A stretch of DNA of 32,000 bases from Acaryochloris thomasi RCC1774 (lineage in GTDB: Bacteria; Cyanobacteriota; Cyanobacteriia; Thermosynechococcales; Thermosynechococcaceae), in the NCBI RefSeq assembly GCF_003231495.1, contig NZ_PQWO01000029.1:1-32000 (forward strand). The letters are read 5' to 3'. Under the pieces are notes generated by a model. It was not told where the DNA came from. It searched no databases and saw nothing but the letters and a program-made list of their open reading frames with translations. How positions within the stretch are numbered: position 1 is the first letter of the stretch; the number at the start of each line of letters is the position of its first letter. A program made the translations under genes and the position numbers. Below are positions 1-8,881 of this stretch, piece after piece.

Positions 1-981
1 AGGAAGACCTTCTGCAACATACGTCAATGGAGAGGCTCGACGATATAAATCTGGACGCTCAGAGGGAAGGCTACCTAAAAAATCCTCGAGGACCGAGCGC
101 GTATCTATCGGATCCGGATCCGGGGGATTATCGTATCCTGTCGCTAAATCAACAGGACCATAGTAGTTAACCACACCTCGAATCTGTGGCTGAGGGGTTG
201 CATAGGCAGCAAGCATGGCTAGATGTGCTCCTGCAGATCTACCGACCATAACAAGTTGTTGGGGATCTGTTTCATATTCAGCCCCATGACTCTGAATAAA
301 GTCAAGAGCCGCCTGGACATCTTCAAGCTGGCTAGGGAAGCGATGTTGAGGGGCATGGCGATAATCAATAGCCCAGACAACATATCCCTGGGCTGCGATA
401 TAGCGGTTGAAGTTACGGTTGGCGGTGGGTTCGCCTCGTCGCCAAGCGCCACCATAAATAGTCACAATACCCGGATAGCGCCCAGGCTGTGGAGGCTGAT
501 AGATCTCCATAGAAAGAGGAACACCCTCGGGCTGGGCAAAGGCAATATTAGAGAGCTGGCGGACCTTGGGTTGCGGAATACCCCGTAGAGCATCAAAGAA
601 TATAAAAGGACGGGTCCGAAATTGATTCTGCTGGGCGGCAGGAATGGTGCTGAGATATTCTGGGCCTAAACTCTGCATAGCAGCTTCAGCAGTGCGGACA
701 GTTGTTGAAAGCTGCATCAGAGGATGGCTAGAGAGCAGGAGACCGAGGGTGCTGCAGCCAATGAGAACGACAGAAAGTAGGGTGCGTTTACTAAAGAGGC
801 AAAGAAGAAGTGAGATTGCATTAATCCCCATCAGCCAGACGCTAACCTCTGGGGCACCGATACTCAGTGGCAGCCAAAAGGCAGTAGAGGCAGGCAAAAC
901 GATCCACCAACTCAAAAAAAATCCCGCCAGACAGAACCCAACCCTCAACACAAAACTAAATTTTTTAAACTGCATTGCCAT
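1..981 (-). CDS. membrane-anchored alpha/beta hydrolase (esterase/lipase type); C-terminus runs off the window
   Basis: Absent from the ORF track because there is no stop codon in the window. My minus-strand translation from ATG at 981 stays open to position 1. It reads MAMQFKKFSFVLRVGFCLAGFFLSWWIVLP... (hydrophobic helices), then ...GIVTIYGGAWRRGE... (oxyanion-hole-like GG) and ...QLVMVGRSAGAHLAMLAA (GxSxG nucleophile elbow). Confidence 0.8.
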   Translation of the reverse strand, partial: MAMQFKKFSFVLRVGFCLAGFFLSWWIVLPASTAFWLPLSIGAPEVSVWLMGINAISLLLCLFSKRTLLSVVLIGCSTLGLLLSSHPLMQLSTTVRTAEAAMQSLGPEYLSTIPAAQQNQFRTRPFIFFDALRGIPQPKVRQLSNIAFAQPEGVPLSMEIYQPPQPGRYPGIVTIYGGAWRRGEPTANRNFNRYIAAQGYVVWAIDYRHAPQHRFPSQLEDVQAALDFIQSHGAEYETDPQQLVMVGRSAGAHLAMLAAYATPQPQIRGVVNYYGPVDLATGYDNPPDPDPIDTRSVLEDFLGSLPSERPDLYRRASPLTYVAEGLP

Positions 982-1142
982 TGGCGTCTAGCCTCAGAAG
1001 TCATAGAGTAGTGAACAGTGTGGATTTTACTATAGGCATGCTAAAGCTTGTCTGCTAAACTACGGCTGTCCGGTGGGGATTGTGGTCTTTATCGGACAGC
1101 GCTGTCACCCCAGCAAACCTTCTCAAAGGGAACTTTGTCATC

Positions 1143-1868
1143 ATGACTCAAGGCACAATCTATCTAGCTGAACAGCTAGATGTTGCAACCCTTAACCAGC
1201 AGTTCGCGGCAGCCCATCCGAAAAGCATCCTGATGTGGTGCCTAGAAAACATTGAGCAAGGCCTGGTGCAGAGTACCGCCTTTGGTGCTGGTGGCATGGT
1301 GATCATGGATCTCCTTTATCAGGATCTCAATCCATCCCCTGCAGTTCCCGTGATTTTTCTAGATACGCTGCATCATTTTCCTGAGACCTTAGCGCTGGCA
1401 GAGCAGTCCCGCGAACGCTATGGGTTAGAGCTACGCATCTATCAACCCCAGGGATTCCAGCAGCAAGATGTCTTTGCGGCCCACTACGGCGAGGCGCTTT
1501 GGGAACAAGACCTGGAGCAGTACCACCAGATTACAAAGGTCGAGCCACTCCAGAGAGCACTGCAGGACTTAAACGTAACCGCCTGGATTACGGGTCGTCG
1601 TCGGGACCAGTCAGCAACCCGCACAGAAATGGAAATTTTTGAGTGGGATTCACAGGGGCGGCTCAAAGTTAATCCGCTGGCGGCTTGGAGTTATAAAGAT
1701 GTTTGGCGCTATGTGGTGGGGAACGATGTTCTCTACAATCCGCTTTACGATCAGGGATATGCGAGTATTGGCGACCAGCCGCTAACGACAATTGTGCAAG
1801 ATGGCGAACATGAGCGGGCCGGACGCTGGCGGGGTGCTGGTCGCCTCGAATGTGGAATGCATGCTTAG
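1143..1868 (+). CDS. cysH: phosphoadenosine phosphosulfate (PAPS) reductase, thioredoxin-dependent type
   Basis: ORF 1080..1868. The C-terminal ECGMH matches the CysH ECGLH catalytic-Cys motif, and a PP-loop-like region (STAFGAGGMVIMDLL) is present. There are no CC...CxxC Fe-S cysteines, so it is the PAPS type, not the APS type. I prefer ATG 1143 (MTQGTIYLAEQ, 241 aa) by length comparison with recalled E. coli CysH (244 aa). ATG 1080 remains possible. Confidence 0.85.
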   Translation: MTQGTIYLAEQLDVATLNQQFAAAHPKSILMWCLENIEQGLVQSTAFGAGGMVIMDLLYQDLNPSPAVPVIFLDTLHHFPETLALAEQSRERYGLELRIYQPQGFQQQDVFAAHYGEALWEQDLEQYHQITKVEPLQRALQDLNVTAWITGRRRDQSATRTEMEIFEWDSQGRLKVNPLAAWSYKDVWRYVVGNDVLYNPLYDQGYASIGDQPLTTIVQDGEHERAGRWRGAGRLECGMHA

Positions 1869-1870
1869 CC

Positions 1871-2125
1871 ATGACAGCGGTTAAAGTCATGGTGAAGCTG
1901 TTTGCGGCTTATCAAGAGGCCTATGGTCAGACAGAGATTATGTTAGAGCTGCCGGTTGGAACGACAGTGGGAGAGATTTGCGATCGCATCTGCCAGCCCT
2001 ATCCCGAATTAGAGGAGTTGAAGGAGGTCACCCGCTACGGTCTCAATCTAGCCTTCGTGGATGCTGGAACCCCTGTTCAAGAAGGAGATGAAGTCGTCCT
2101 GATTCCGCCCGTTAGCGGCGGCTAG
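1871..2125 (+). CDS. moaD: MoaD/ThiS-family beta-grasp sulfur-carrier protein (MoaD type)
   Basis: ORF 1850..2125. The C-terminus ...EGDEVVLIPPVSGG is the hallmark MoaD ending (E. coli ...FPPVTGG). ATG 1871 lies 2 nt after the cysH stop and gives 84 aa. Confidence 0.7.
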   Translation: MTAVKVMVKLFAAYQEAYGQTEIMLELPVGTTVGEICDRICQPYPELEELKEVTRYGLNLAFVDAGTPVQEGDEVVLIPPVSGG

Positions 2126-2136
2126 CTCACCCAGAT

Positions 2137-2805
2137 TTAATCAGACGCAATCAGCAGCCGATCAATGAGTTCTGCAACACCCGACCCGCGTTCTCCTTGC
2201 GTCACAAAATCAGCCTTCTTTTTTAGAACCGGCAGAGCATTAGCAACGGCAACCCCATAGCCACAGAACTGCAGCAGATCGAGATCGTTTTCTGCATCAC
2301 CCACACCAACGACATGGTTAGGCGCAAGCTCCATCTGTAAAAGAAGGTGACGGAGACCCGCTGCTTTATTGATGCCGTTGGGTAAAACCATAACGGCTCG
2401 CTTATTACGGATGACCTGCCAATCTATTCCTAAGGCCGAAATAATATCGAGCACAGTTTGGTCGTGGGGTTCCCAGGTGGCAACAATCACCTGACCAACA
2501 ACAATGGGAGAAACGCCCTGAGCTTCTAACTGTTCGAGAAATACTGACGGCGGAGGCGGAGCGATGCATTGAATTTGGCCGGTCGCTGGCTCATAGATTA
2601 CAGGACCGTTTTCCACCACCACTTGGTCAAATAAAGCCAGCTCCGGGAAAATAGCCTTCAGCTCTTTTAGCTCACGACCGGTCACCATAATCAGAGATCG
2701 TCCAGAAGCCTTCCAGCGCTGGAGCGCCGCCACCGTCTCGCCACTCACGTACCCATTGGTGGCTAAGGTACCATCATAATCACTCGCCAAAGCTAAGTAA
2801 GACAT
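2137..2805 (-). CDS. HAD-IIB family hydrolase (Cof / sugar-phosphatase-like)
   Basis: 222-aa ORF. HAD motif I is ASDYDGTLA (DxDGT) and motif IV is GVGDAENDLDLL. The internal cap region is typical of the IIB subfamily. Confidence 0.8.
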   Translation of the reverse strand: MSYLALASDYDGTLATNGYVSGETVAALQRWKASGRSLIMVTGRELKELKAIFPELALFDQVVVENGPVIYEPATGQIQCIAPPPPSVFLEQLEAQGVSPIVVGQVIVATWEPHDQTVLDIISALGIDWQVIRNKRAVMVLPNGINKAAGLRHLLLQMELAPNHVVGVGDAENDLDLLQFCGYGVAVANALPVLKKKADFVTQGERGSGVAELIDRLLIASD

Positions 2806-2987
2806 GCTTTTTCAGACCTGCTCAGACGAGAACGATTACAAGGCGTTAAGTTCAGACAGACTCAGTAAGGCAGTGGTCGATAGCGTATCTTTGGATCGTC
2901 CGCAAAACTTGACTTCTTCCTCTGAGGCGAACCGGAAACATCACAGTATCCGGCAATCTCTCATGCAAACGCGCAAGACAATTAACC

Positions 2988-4223
2988 ATGCCCAATATTG
3001 AACCCGACACCCATAATGCCACGCTCTGCCAACTCATTGCTCAGCGTATCAGCGAGCAACCCCAGCAGCGAATTACCTTCGCTGACTACATGGACTGGGT
3101 GCTTTATGAACCAGAACAGGGCTACTACGCCACTAACGCCGTCCAGATTGGCATACAAGGCGACTTCTTCACCGCCCCCCACCTGGGCCCAGACTTCGGT
3201 GAACTACTCGCAGAACAATTTTTTCAAATGTGGCAATATCTGGACGGTCCAAGCTCATTCACATTAGTAGAAATGGGGGCAGGCCAAGGACTGATCGCCA
3301 TAGATGTGCTGAGGCATCTACAGCGCTGTGCTGCAGTAGACACAAACTATGCTGATTTTTGGACAGCTCTAGAATACATAATTGTGGAAAAGGCCGCAGC
3401 GCTGATTGCTGAGCAAAAGCACCACCTCCAAGCCTTCTGGGAAGAAATTCATAAGGTAAAGTGGCTGACGCTGGCAGAGATTCCGCCCTCTTCAATCACA
3501 GGATGCTTATTCTCCAACGAGCTAGTGGATGCGTTGCCAATCCATCAAATTGTGATTAAAGAGAGAGAACTACTTGAGATCTATGTACAGACCGGTAAAA
3601 CGCCTGATGTGGCTGCTGAACAACCTATTTTTCAAGAGCAACATGGTCAACCCTCAACACCAGAGCTAGCAGCCTATCTGGACTGGATGGAGATTGACCT
3701 CACTCAACTGCCGGAGGGCTACCGCAGCGAGATTAATTTAGCAGCCCTAGATTGGCTGAGTGAAGCCGCCAAGAAACTAAAGCAAGGCTATTTACTAACC
3801 ATTGATTACGGCTATTCTGCAGAAAAGTACTACAACCCTGCCCGTCAGCAAGGAACACTACAGTGCTACCGTCACCATGCCTCTCACGGCGATCCTTATC
3901 AATATGTAGGTCGGCAGGATATTACGAGTCACGTTAATTTCACAGCCTTAGAACGCCACGGCGAAACCCTAGAGTTAGAAAATCTAGGACGAACCCAACA
4001 AGGACTATTCTTAATGGCTTTAGGTTTAGGCAATCGCCTAGTCACCAATAACAACACAGCAGATCTGACTCAGCTCTCTGATGTACTGCGGCGGCGTGAT
4101 GCGATTCATTCTCTGATGAATCCTTTGGGATTAGGCGGTTTTCAAGTATTGATTCAGGGTCGGGATATAAACACACATCAGCAGAAACAGGAATTAAAAG
4201 GGCTACAGGCTCGTTTGATATAG
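2988..4223 (+). CDS. class I SAM-dependent methyltransferase, MidA/NDUFAF7 (DUF185) family
   Basis: 411-aa ORF. The N-terminus ITFADYMDWVLYEPEQGYYA is followed by a GDFFTAP motif and the SAM-binding loop LVEMGAGQGL. The pattern SNELVDALP and the later DITSHVNF segment are characteristic of the DUF185 family as I recall it. Confidence 0.75.
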   Translation: MPNIEPDTHNATLCQLIAQRISEQPQQRITFADYMDWVLYEPEQGYYATNAVQIGIQGDFFTAPHLGPDFGELLAEQFFQMWQYLDGPSSFTLVEMGAGQGLIAIDVLRHLQRCAAVDTNYADFWTALEYIIVEKAAALIAEQKHHLQAFWEEIHKVKWLTLAEIPPSSITGCLFSNELVDALPIHQIVIKERELLEIYVQTGKTPDVAAEQPIFQEQHGQPSTPELAAYLDWMEIDLTQLPEGYRSEINLAALDWLSEAAKKLKQGYLLTIDYGYSAEKYYNPARQQGTLQCYRHHASHGDPYQYVGRQDITSHVNFTALERHGETLELENLGRTQQGLFLMALGLGNRLVTNNNTADLTQLSDVLRRRDAIHSLMNPLGLGGFQVLIQGRDINTHQQKQELKGLQARLI

Positions 4224-4358
4224 CGATTATATCTATCCTCTATCTGCTGACTCGCTCCCTCATTATTCATTTCATGCGGTTTATACTAAAACATGCCCAA
4301 GATAGCAGAGCCTTCCGCATCAATCGGAGTCAATATAAGTTAGAGAGCTTTCAAACTC

Positions 4359-5483
4359 ATGGTATTTCTGTATACTCAAGCTCAACATCCACTCATTCCT
4401 AAGGCTCATTCACCAGAATCAGATTTGCAACTCGCCAGTAAAATCTCAGAGTTCCGTCAGAATTACTTCAAAACTCTTCAAAGCAAAATAGAAGAAATTT
4501 CGTGTCTGGATCTGGCAGAAGAGAAACAAGGACTTTCTTACTCTTACTTTCGGGAAGAACTTGATCAATCTCCAGAGATGCAAGCTGCAAACCAACGCCG
4601 CAGTTCACTACAGGATAGTCTTTGGCAACAGGTTTCCGAGGAGATTGGCAAGGACCGAGATCGGCTTGCTCAAGAATTTGAGACTTATGCAAAGAATCAA
4701 GAAAGATTAGAACTTTTCCCCGACCTTAAAATTCCTGTACATCAATTGAAGGTTGATATCCATAGAATGCCGGGGGGCTATCTTCAGGATAAGGTTGATG
4801 ATTTTTGGCAAGGGATTCTTTATGACCACGGTGTCTTTCTTTATGGGCAAGGGTGGTTAGGTTCTCTAAACGATGAGTTAGGCCAGACATTAATTCATCA
4901 TATTTTGCAGAAGTATTATCCAAGACTTGATCCCAAAAAAATTCTCGACATGGGTTGTTCTGTGGGTCATAGCACTCTCCCCTATGCCTCTCACTATCCT
5001 CAAGCAAAAACTTGGGGTATCGATCTGAGTTCTTCGCTGCTGAAGTATGCAAATGCTCGAGCAAATGCCCTTAGTCAAGAGGTCTATTTTTCACAGCAAA
5101 ATGCTGAGCAAACCAAGTTCGCCGGACAATTTTTTGATCTCGTAGTCAGCCATATTTTGATACATGAAGTCCCCTGTGGAGCTAGGAAAAGAATATTTGA
5201 AGAGAGCTACCGTTTACTTGATAAAGGTGGGGTAATGGTGCATTTAGACAGCAAATTATTTCTCTCTCCTTCAACTCATACGGCTCGTTATTTTCGAGAT
5301 ACTGAAGTCTGGGTCAATTCTGAGCCATATCTAGCTTCGTCAAAATTTGAAGACTTCAAAACCTATGCATTAGCAGCAGGCTTCTCAGCAGAGAACTTTC
5401 AGGTTTTATCTGTTCCGGGTTACTACGCCCATCAGCATGGCAACCATAATCCTGGTTGGGCTGCATTTTGTGCTGTCAAATGA
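4359..5483 (+). CDS. class I SAM-dependent methyltransferase with ~190-aa N-terminal extension
   Basis: 374-aa ORF. SAM motif I is ILDMGCSVGHST, followed by an acidic loop (WGIDLS) and a post-I/II region DLVVSHILIHEV...LLDKGGVMV. The gene is visibly AT-richer than its neighbours. Confidence 0.7.
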   Translation: MVFLYTQAQHPLIPKAHSPESDLQLASKISEFRQNYFKTLQSKIEEISCLDLAEEKQGLSYSYFREELDQSPEMQAANQRRSSLQDSLWQQVSEEIGKDRDRLAQEFETYAKNQERLELFPDLKIPVHQLKVDIHRMPGGYLQDKVDDFWQGILYDHGVFLYGQGWLGSLNDELGQTLIHHILQKYYPRLDPKKILDMGCSVGHSTLPYASHYPQAKTWGIDLSSSLLKYANARANALSQEVYFSQQNAEQTKFAGQFFDLVVSHILIHEVPCGARKRIFEESYRLLDKGGVMVHLDSKLFLSPSTHTARYFRDTEVWVNSEPYLASSKFEDFKTYALAAGFSAENFQVLSVPGYYAHQHGNHNPGWAAFCAVK

Positions 5484-5765
5484 AAGGGGTCCGGAAAGAC
5501 TCATCCCGCTTCTCTAAGTCCTGTAGCCTCGGCAGCATATCCACATTGCTCACGAACAAAGGATTAGTAAAGCGAAGCTGAGCATGAGGTTTGATAAAAG
5601 CAAAAGATGAGTATGGGTTAAATAATTCTAAGAAGCAACTCATTTTGGCCCATATGTCTTGAAATCTGTGGAACAAGGGCAACCTAACAGTAGGCGCATC
5701 AAGATCGCCCAAGGATGCTCATGGTAAGCATCCACATCATAATTGCGGCAAAACGGATCACAGAG

Positions 5766-6107
5766 ATGGCGACTTCAAGAGAAGAAGAACTTCGACAGCG
5801 GGAATTAGAACTCAAAGAAAGAGAGTTAGAGGTTCGTCTACGTGAACTAGACGCTGATGTCCAGAGATCTACTTCGAAAGAGCCTGAAGTTCAAGAGCCG
5901 GCTGACTATGCAGAAACTAAGCTAGAGGATGCTCGCCCAGGACGATCTTTTCGTCGCCGCTGGCGCAGAGCAATCACGATCAGCAAATTTGTTGGGTTGG
6001 CTGTTGTCTCAATCGCAGCCGTCAGTGTCGCTTTCTGGCTGGGCCTAATCGTGATCTTCGGTGCACTTGCCTATACCCTTTTTCAGGTCTTCTTCACTAA
6101 AGATTAG
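5766..6107 (+). CDS. hypothetical coiled-coil protein with C-terminal transmembrane anchor
   Basis: ORF 5715..6107. I prefer the internal ATG 5766 (MATSREEELRQRELELKERELEVRLRELD...). After a charged repeat region comes RRRWRR, then two hydrophobic stretches (FVGLAVVSIAAVSVAFWLGLIVIFGALAYTLF). Confidence 0.55.
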   Translation: MATSREEELRQRELELKERELEVRLRELDADVQRSTSKEPEVQEPADYAETKLEDARPGRSFRRRWRRAITISKFVGLAVVSIAAVSVAFWLGLIVIFGALAYTLFQVFFTKD

Positions 6108-6185
6108 CTAGATTTTGCGCATTTCAAAACCGTTTGACCCGTCAGTCAGCCGTTACCGACTCACCCACAGATTAGGAAAATCTCA

Positions 6186-6731
6186 ATGAAAATACGGTCT
6201 ACTTGGATTCCCTATCCGGGGGCTTGGTTGAGTGCGGTGTTGCTGCTCTTACTGACGGGGGCAATTGCCTATGGCGGACAGGTGTTTTTGCAGATGGGAT
6301 ATCCTCTAATTCAGTTTTCGCCTAATGTTGGGATTCTGTTTGGATTGCTGGCGCTATTGATGCCGATTTTTGTGGTTGCGATCGCACATCACACACTCCA
6401 CCTGTTTTTAGATCACTTTTTCCCCGACTCCCAAACCTCTGCGCAAAAAAAAGTGCAGGGATTTTTCCCAAATCTAATGAGCTGGTGGGAAGGACTCTAT
6501 GGGTGGCAGGTGATTGTGCTGAGCACCTTGATCACAGCCGGACTCATCAGTGGCTTTACGACTCCAGACGTATCCTATGCAAATCTTTATTCCCTCCTTT
6601 CTGCTTGGGACAAAACCCGCTATATCTTTACCTTTCCCACCCTTATTTGGATTGTTATTTCCGCCTATCTTTATCAGTTTGAGCACCTTGTCCATCGTCA
6701 TTTGATGTCGCTAAATTCAGGCCGACGATAG
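6186..6731 (+). CDS. hypothetical polytopic membrane protein
   Basis: 181-aa ORF with 4-5 hydrophobic helices (AWLSAVLLLLLTGAIAY, GILFGLLALLMPIFVVAIA, VIVLSTLITAGLISGF, FTFPTLIWIVISAYLY). No family recognised. Confidence 0.55.
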   Translation: MKIRSTWIPYPGAWLSAVLLLLLTGAIAYGGQVFLQMGYPLIQFSPNVGILFGLLALLMPIFVVAIAHHTLHLFLDHFFPDSQTSAQKKVQGFFPNLMSWWEGLYGWQVIVLSTLITAGLISGFTTPDVSYANLYSLLSAWDKTRYIFTFPTLIWIVISAYLYQFEHLVHRHLMSLNSGRR

Positions 6732-6794
6732 CCGCCTTACCTTTCTATTCTTCAAAGCACAAGCCGTACTTCTAGCAGCAGCCCTTCGAACAAC

Positions 6795-8876
6795 ATGAGT
6801 AATACCGTCGCCTCCAAAACATTTTTGCAAGACTTAGGCCGCGTTGCCCAAGCCCGTCAACACATTGCGGGACACCTAAGCGAAATGTCTCAAGCCATCC
6901 AGCAGGCAGAACGAGCCGCAGAGCAGGGGTCAGGACAGCTTGGCCTAGAGCGAGACATTGAAGACATTAGTCGGGCCAGTCAAAATCTAAAGCAGGGCGT
7001 TTTTCGGCTGCTGGTGTTAGGCGATATGAAACGGGGTAAAAGTACATTTCTCAATGCGCTGATTGGCGAGAATCTGCTGCCCAGCGACGTTAATCCCTGT
7101 ACGGCTCTGCTGACCATCCTGAAATACGGGGCTAAAAAGCAGGTAACGGTGCATTTCAAGAACGGCAGCAGTCCTGAACAGCTTGACTTTCAGAACTTTA
7201 AGGAACGCTATACCATCGCCCCTGAAGAAGCGAAGGAATGGGCGGCGAAGAATCAGCAGGCTTTCCCTGATGTCAGCCATGCCGTCGTGGAATATCCTCT
7301 AGCATTGCTGGAGAAAGGCGTGGAGATTGTCGATAGTCCTGGCCTTAACGATACGGAGGCCCGCAATGAGCTATCGCTGGGTTATATCAATAACTGCCAT
7401 GCGGTTTTGTTTGTGTTGCGGGCCTCTCAACCCTGCACGATGGCCGAGCGCCGCTATCTAGAAAATTATATGAAGGAACGCGGTCTCTCGATCTTTTTCT
7501 TAATTAACGCTTGGGATCAGGTCAAAGAAAGTCTGATCGATCCTGATGATGTTGAGGAGCTACAGGCGGCTGAATCAAAGCTGCGAAAGGTTTTTCAGAC
7601 CCATCTTGCATCTTACTGTCAGGTGGAGGAGACTGATCTCTACCATGAGCGTGTGTTTGAAATCTCGGCTCTCAAGGCATTGAGAAAACGACTGAAAGAT
7701 ACCGATGCACAATTAGAGGGAACAGGTTTTCCGGCTTTTATGGGCGCGCTTAATACCTTTTTGACAGAGGAGCGAGCGGTGTCAGAACTGCGTCAGGCGC
7801 GGACGATTGCACGACAGGCACGGGAACGGGTCGCAGACTCAGTGGATCGTCGGATTCCGCTTCTAGATCAAGATGTGACAGAACTCAAGCAGCTTATTAG
7901 TTCTGTGGAGCCAGAGTTTGGACAGTTGGTAGGCATCCGCGATCAGTTTCAGGGAGAGATTCATCGGCTGCGAGATCGCAAGTCTCGTCAAATAGCAGAT
8001 TCTTTCCGGGACTACGTGTTTGGCCTTGAACAAACCTTTGAAGAAGATTTTCTCAAGTATCAGCCGCCTAGCCTCAAAATCTTAGATATCTTCAATCAGG
8101 ACAAACGTTCAGCCCTAGATGCGGCCCTAAAGCAAGCCTTTCAGCAGTACGTCAACGACAAGTTTTTTGCCTGGACGCTCCAAGCAGAGAAGGACTTGGG
8201 CACAGCCTTTGATGATCTGTCGAAAGAAGCAATCAAGTATGGTGCTTCCTATCAAAGTATTCTGGATCAGATCACCGAAAAGTTAACCGGACGCCCCATT
8301 GAACCGCGTCATACCAAAGCCGTAACCGAGGAAGAGAGTTCCCCCGCCTGGGCAAAATGGGCAATGGGTCTCTATTCTCTAGCTTCCGGCAATATCACCG
8401 GAGTCGCAATGCTAGCGGGAGGCTTTGACTTCAAAAGCGTCGCCCTCAACATCATGACTGTGGGCAGTATTGCCATTGTATCCGGCGCTGTGTTTGGGAT
8501 TATGCTGGGTCCAATTTCCCTAGCACTGCTAGGCTTTGGGGTCGGAGTTCTACAAGCCGAACAGGCTCGCAAGGAGCTGGTCAAAGCGACAAAGCGAGAA
8601 CTGGTGAAGCATTTACCCCAGGTGGCCCAGGAGCAGTGGCAGCCCATCTACAGCGCGGTGCAGGAGTGCTTCAACAGCTATGAGCTAGAGGTGATTCCCC
8701 GCCTGAATGACGATATTCAATCTCGGCAACAGGAACTGGATAATCTGGTGCAGCAGAAAGAATCCCGAGAGATCCATCGTGATACAGAACTGAAGCGCCT
8801 CAACACTCTCAAGCAAACGGTAGCAACTGAATGTCGAGGGGTGGAGACTGTCTATGAAGCGCTTTTGGCAGGATAG
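6795..8876 (+). CDS. bacterial dynamin-like protein (BDLP), apparent ortholog of Nostoc punctiforme BDLP
   Basis: 693-aa ORF. GTPase G1 is LVLGDMKRGKSTFLNALIGENLLPS and G3 is VDSPGLND. A hydrophobic paddle is present (GVAMLAGGFDFKSVALNIMTVGSIAIVSGAVFGIMLGPISLALLGFGVGVL). It appears collinear with, and the same length as, the crystallised Nostoc BDLP as I recall it. Confidence 0.9.
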   Translation: MSNTVASKTFLQDLGRVAQARQHIAGHLSEMSQAIQQAERAAEQGSGQLGLERDIEDISRASQNLKQGVFRLLVLGDMKRGKSTFLNALIGENLLPSDVNPCTALLTILKYGAKKQVTVHFKNGSSPEQLDFQNFKERYTIAPEEAKEWAAKNQQAFPDVSHAVVEYPLALLEKGVEIVDSPGLNDTEARNELSLGYINNCHAVLFVLRASQPCTMAERRYLENYMKERGLSIFFLINAWDQVKESLIDPDDVEELQAAESKLRKVFQTHLASYCQVEETDLYHERVFEISALKALRKRLKDTDAQLEGTGFPAFMGALNTFLTEERAVSELRQARTIARQARERVADSVDRRIPLLDQDVTELKQLISSVEPEFGQLVGIRDQFQGEIHRLRDRKSRQIADSFRDYVFGLEQTFEEDFLKYQPPSLKILDIFNQDKRSALDAALKQAFQQYVNDKFFAWTLQAEKDLGTAFDDLSKEAIKYGASYQSILDQITEKLTGRPIEPRHTKAVTEEESSPAWAKWAMGLYSLASGNITGVAMLAGGFDFKSVALNIMTVGSIAIVSGAVFGIMLGPISLALLGFGVGVLQAEQARKELVKATKRELVKHLPQVAQEQWQPIYSAVQECFNSYELEVIPRLNDDIQSRQQELDNLVQQKESREIHRDTELKRLNTLKQTVATECRGVETVYEALLAG

Positions 8877-8881
8877 GAATA

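Noticed and set aside
219-991. ORFs 219..455(-), 223..588(+) and 644..991(+) from the six-frame track
   Set aside because: They are out of frame with or antisense to a continuous minus-strand reading frame (1..981). That frame carries clear alpha/beta-hydrolase motifs. The listed ORFs have no recognisable features.
1080-1142. Upstream ATG 1080 as the cysH start
   Set aside because: ATG 1143 gives a length (241 aa) and an N-terminus comparable to known CysH. The extra 21 residues (MWSLSDSAVTPANLL...) look non-conserved. ATG 1080 is not excluded.
5476-5712. 78-aa minus-strand ORF between the methyltransferase gene and the coiled-coil gene
   Set aside because: It has no recognisable motif, signal or RBS context, and lies in an AT-rich spacer where random ORFs are easy to find. 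I kept it uncalled.
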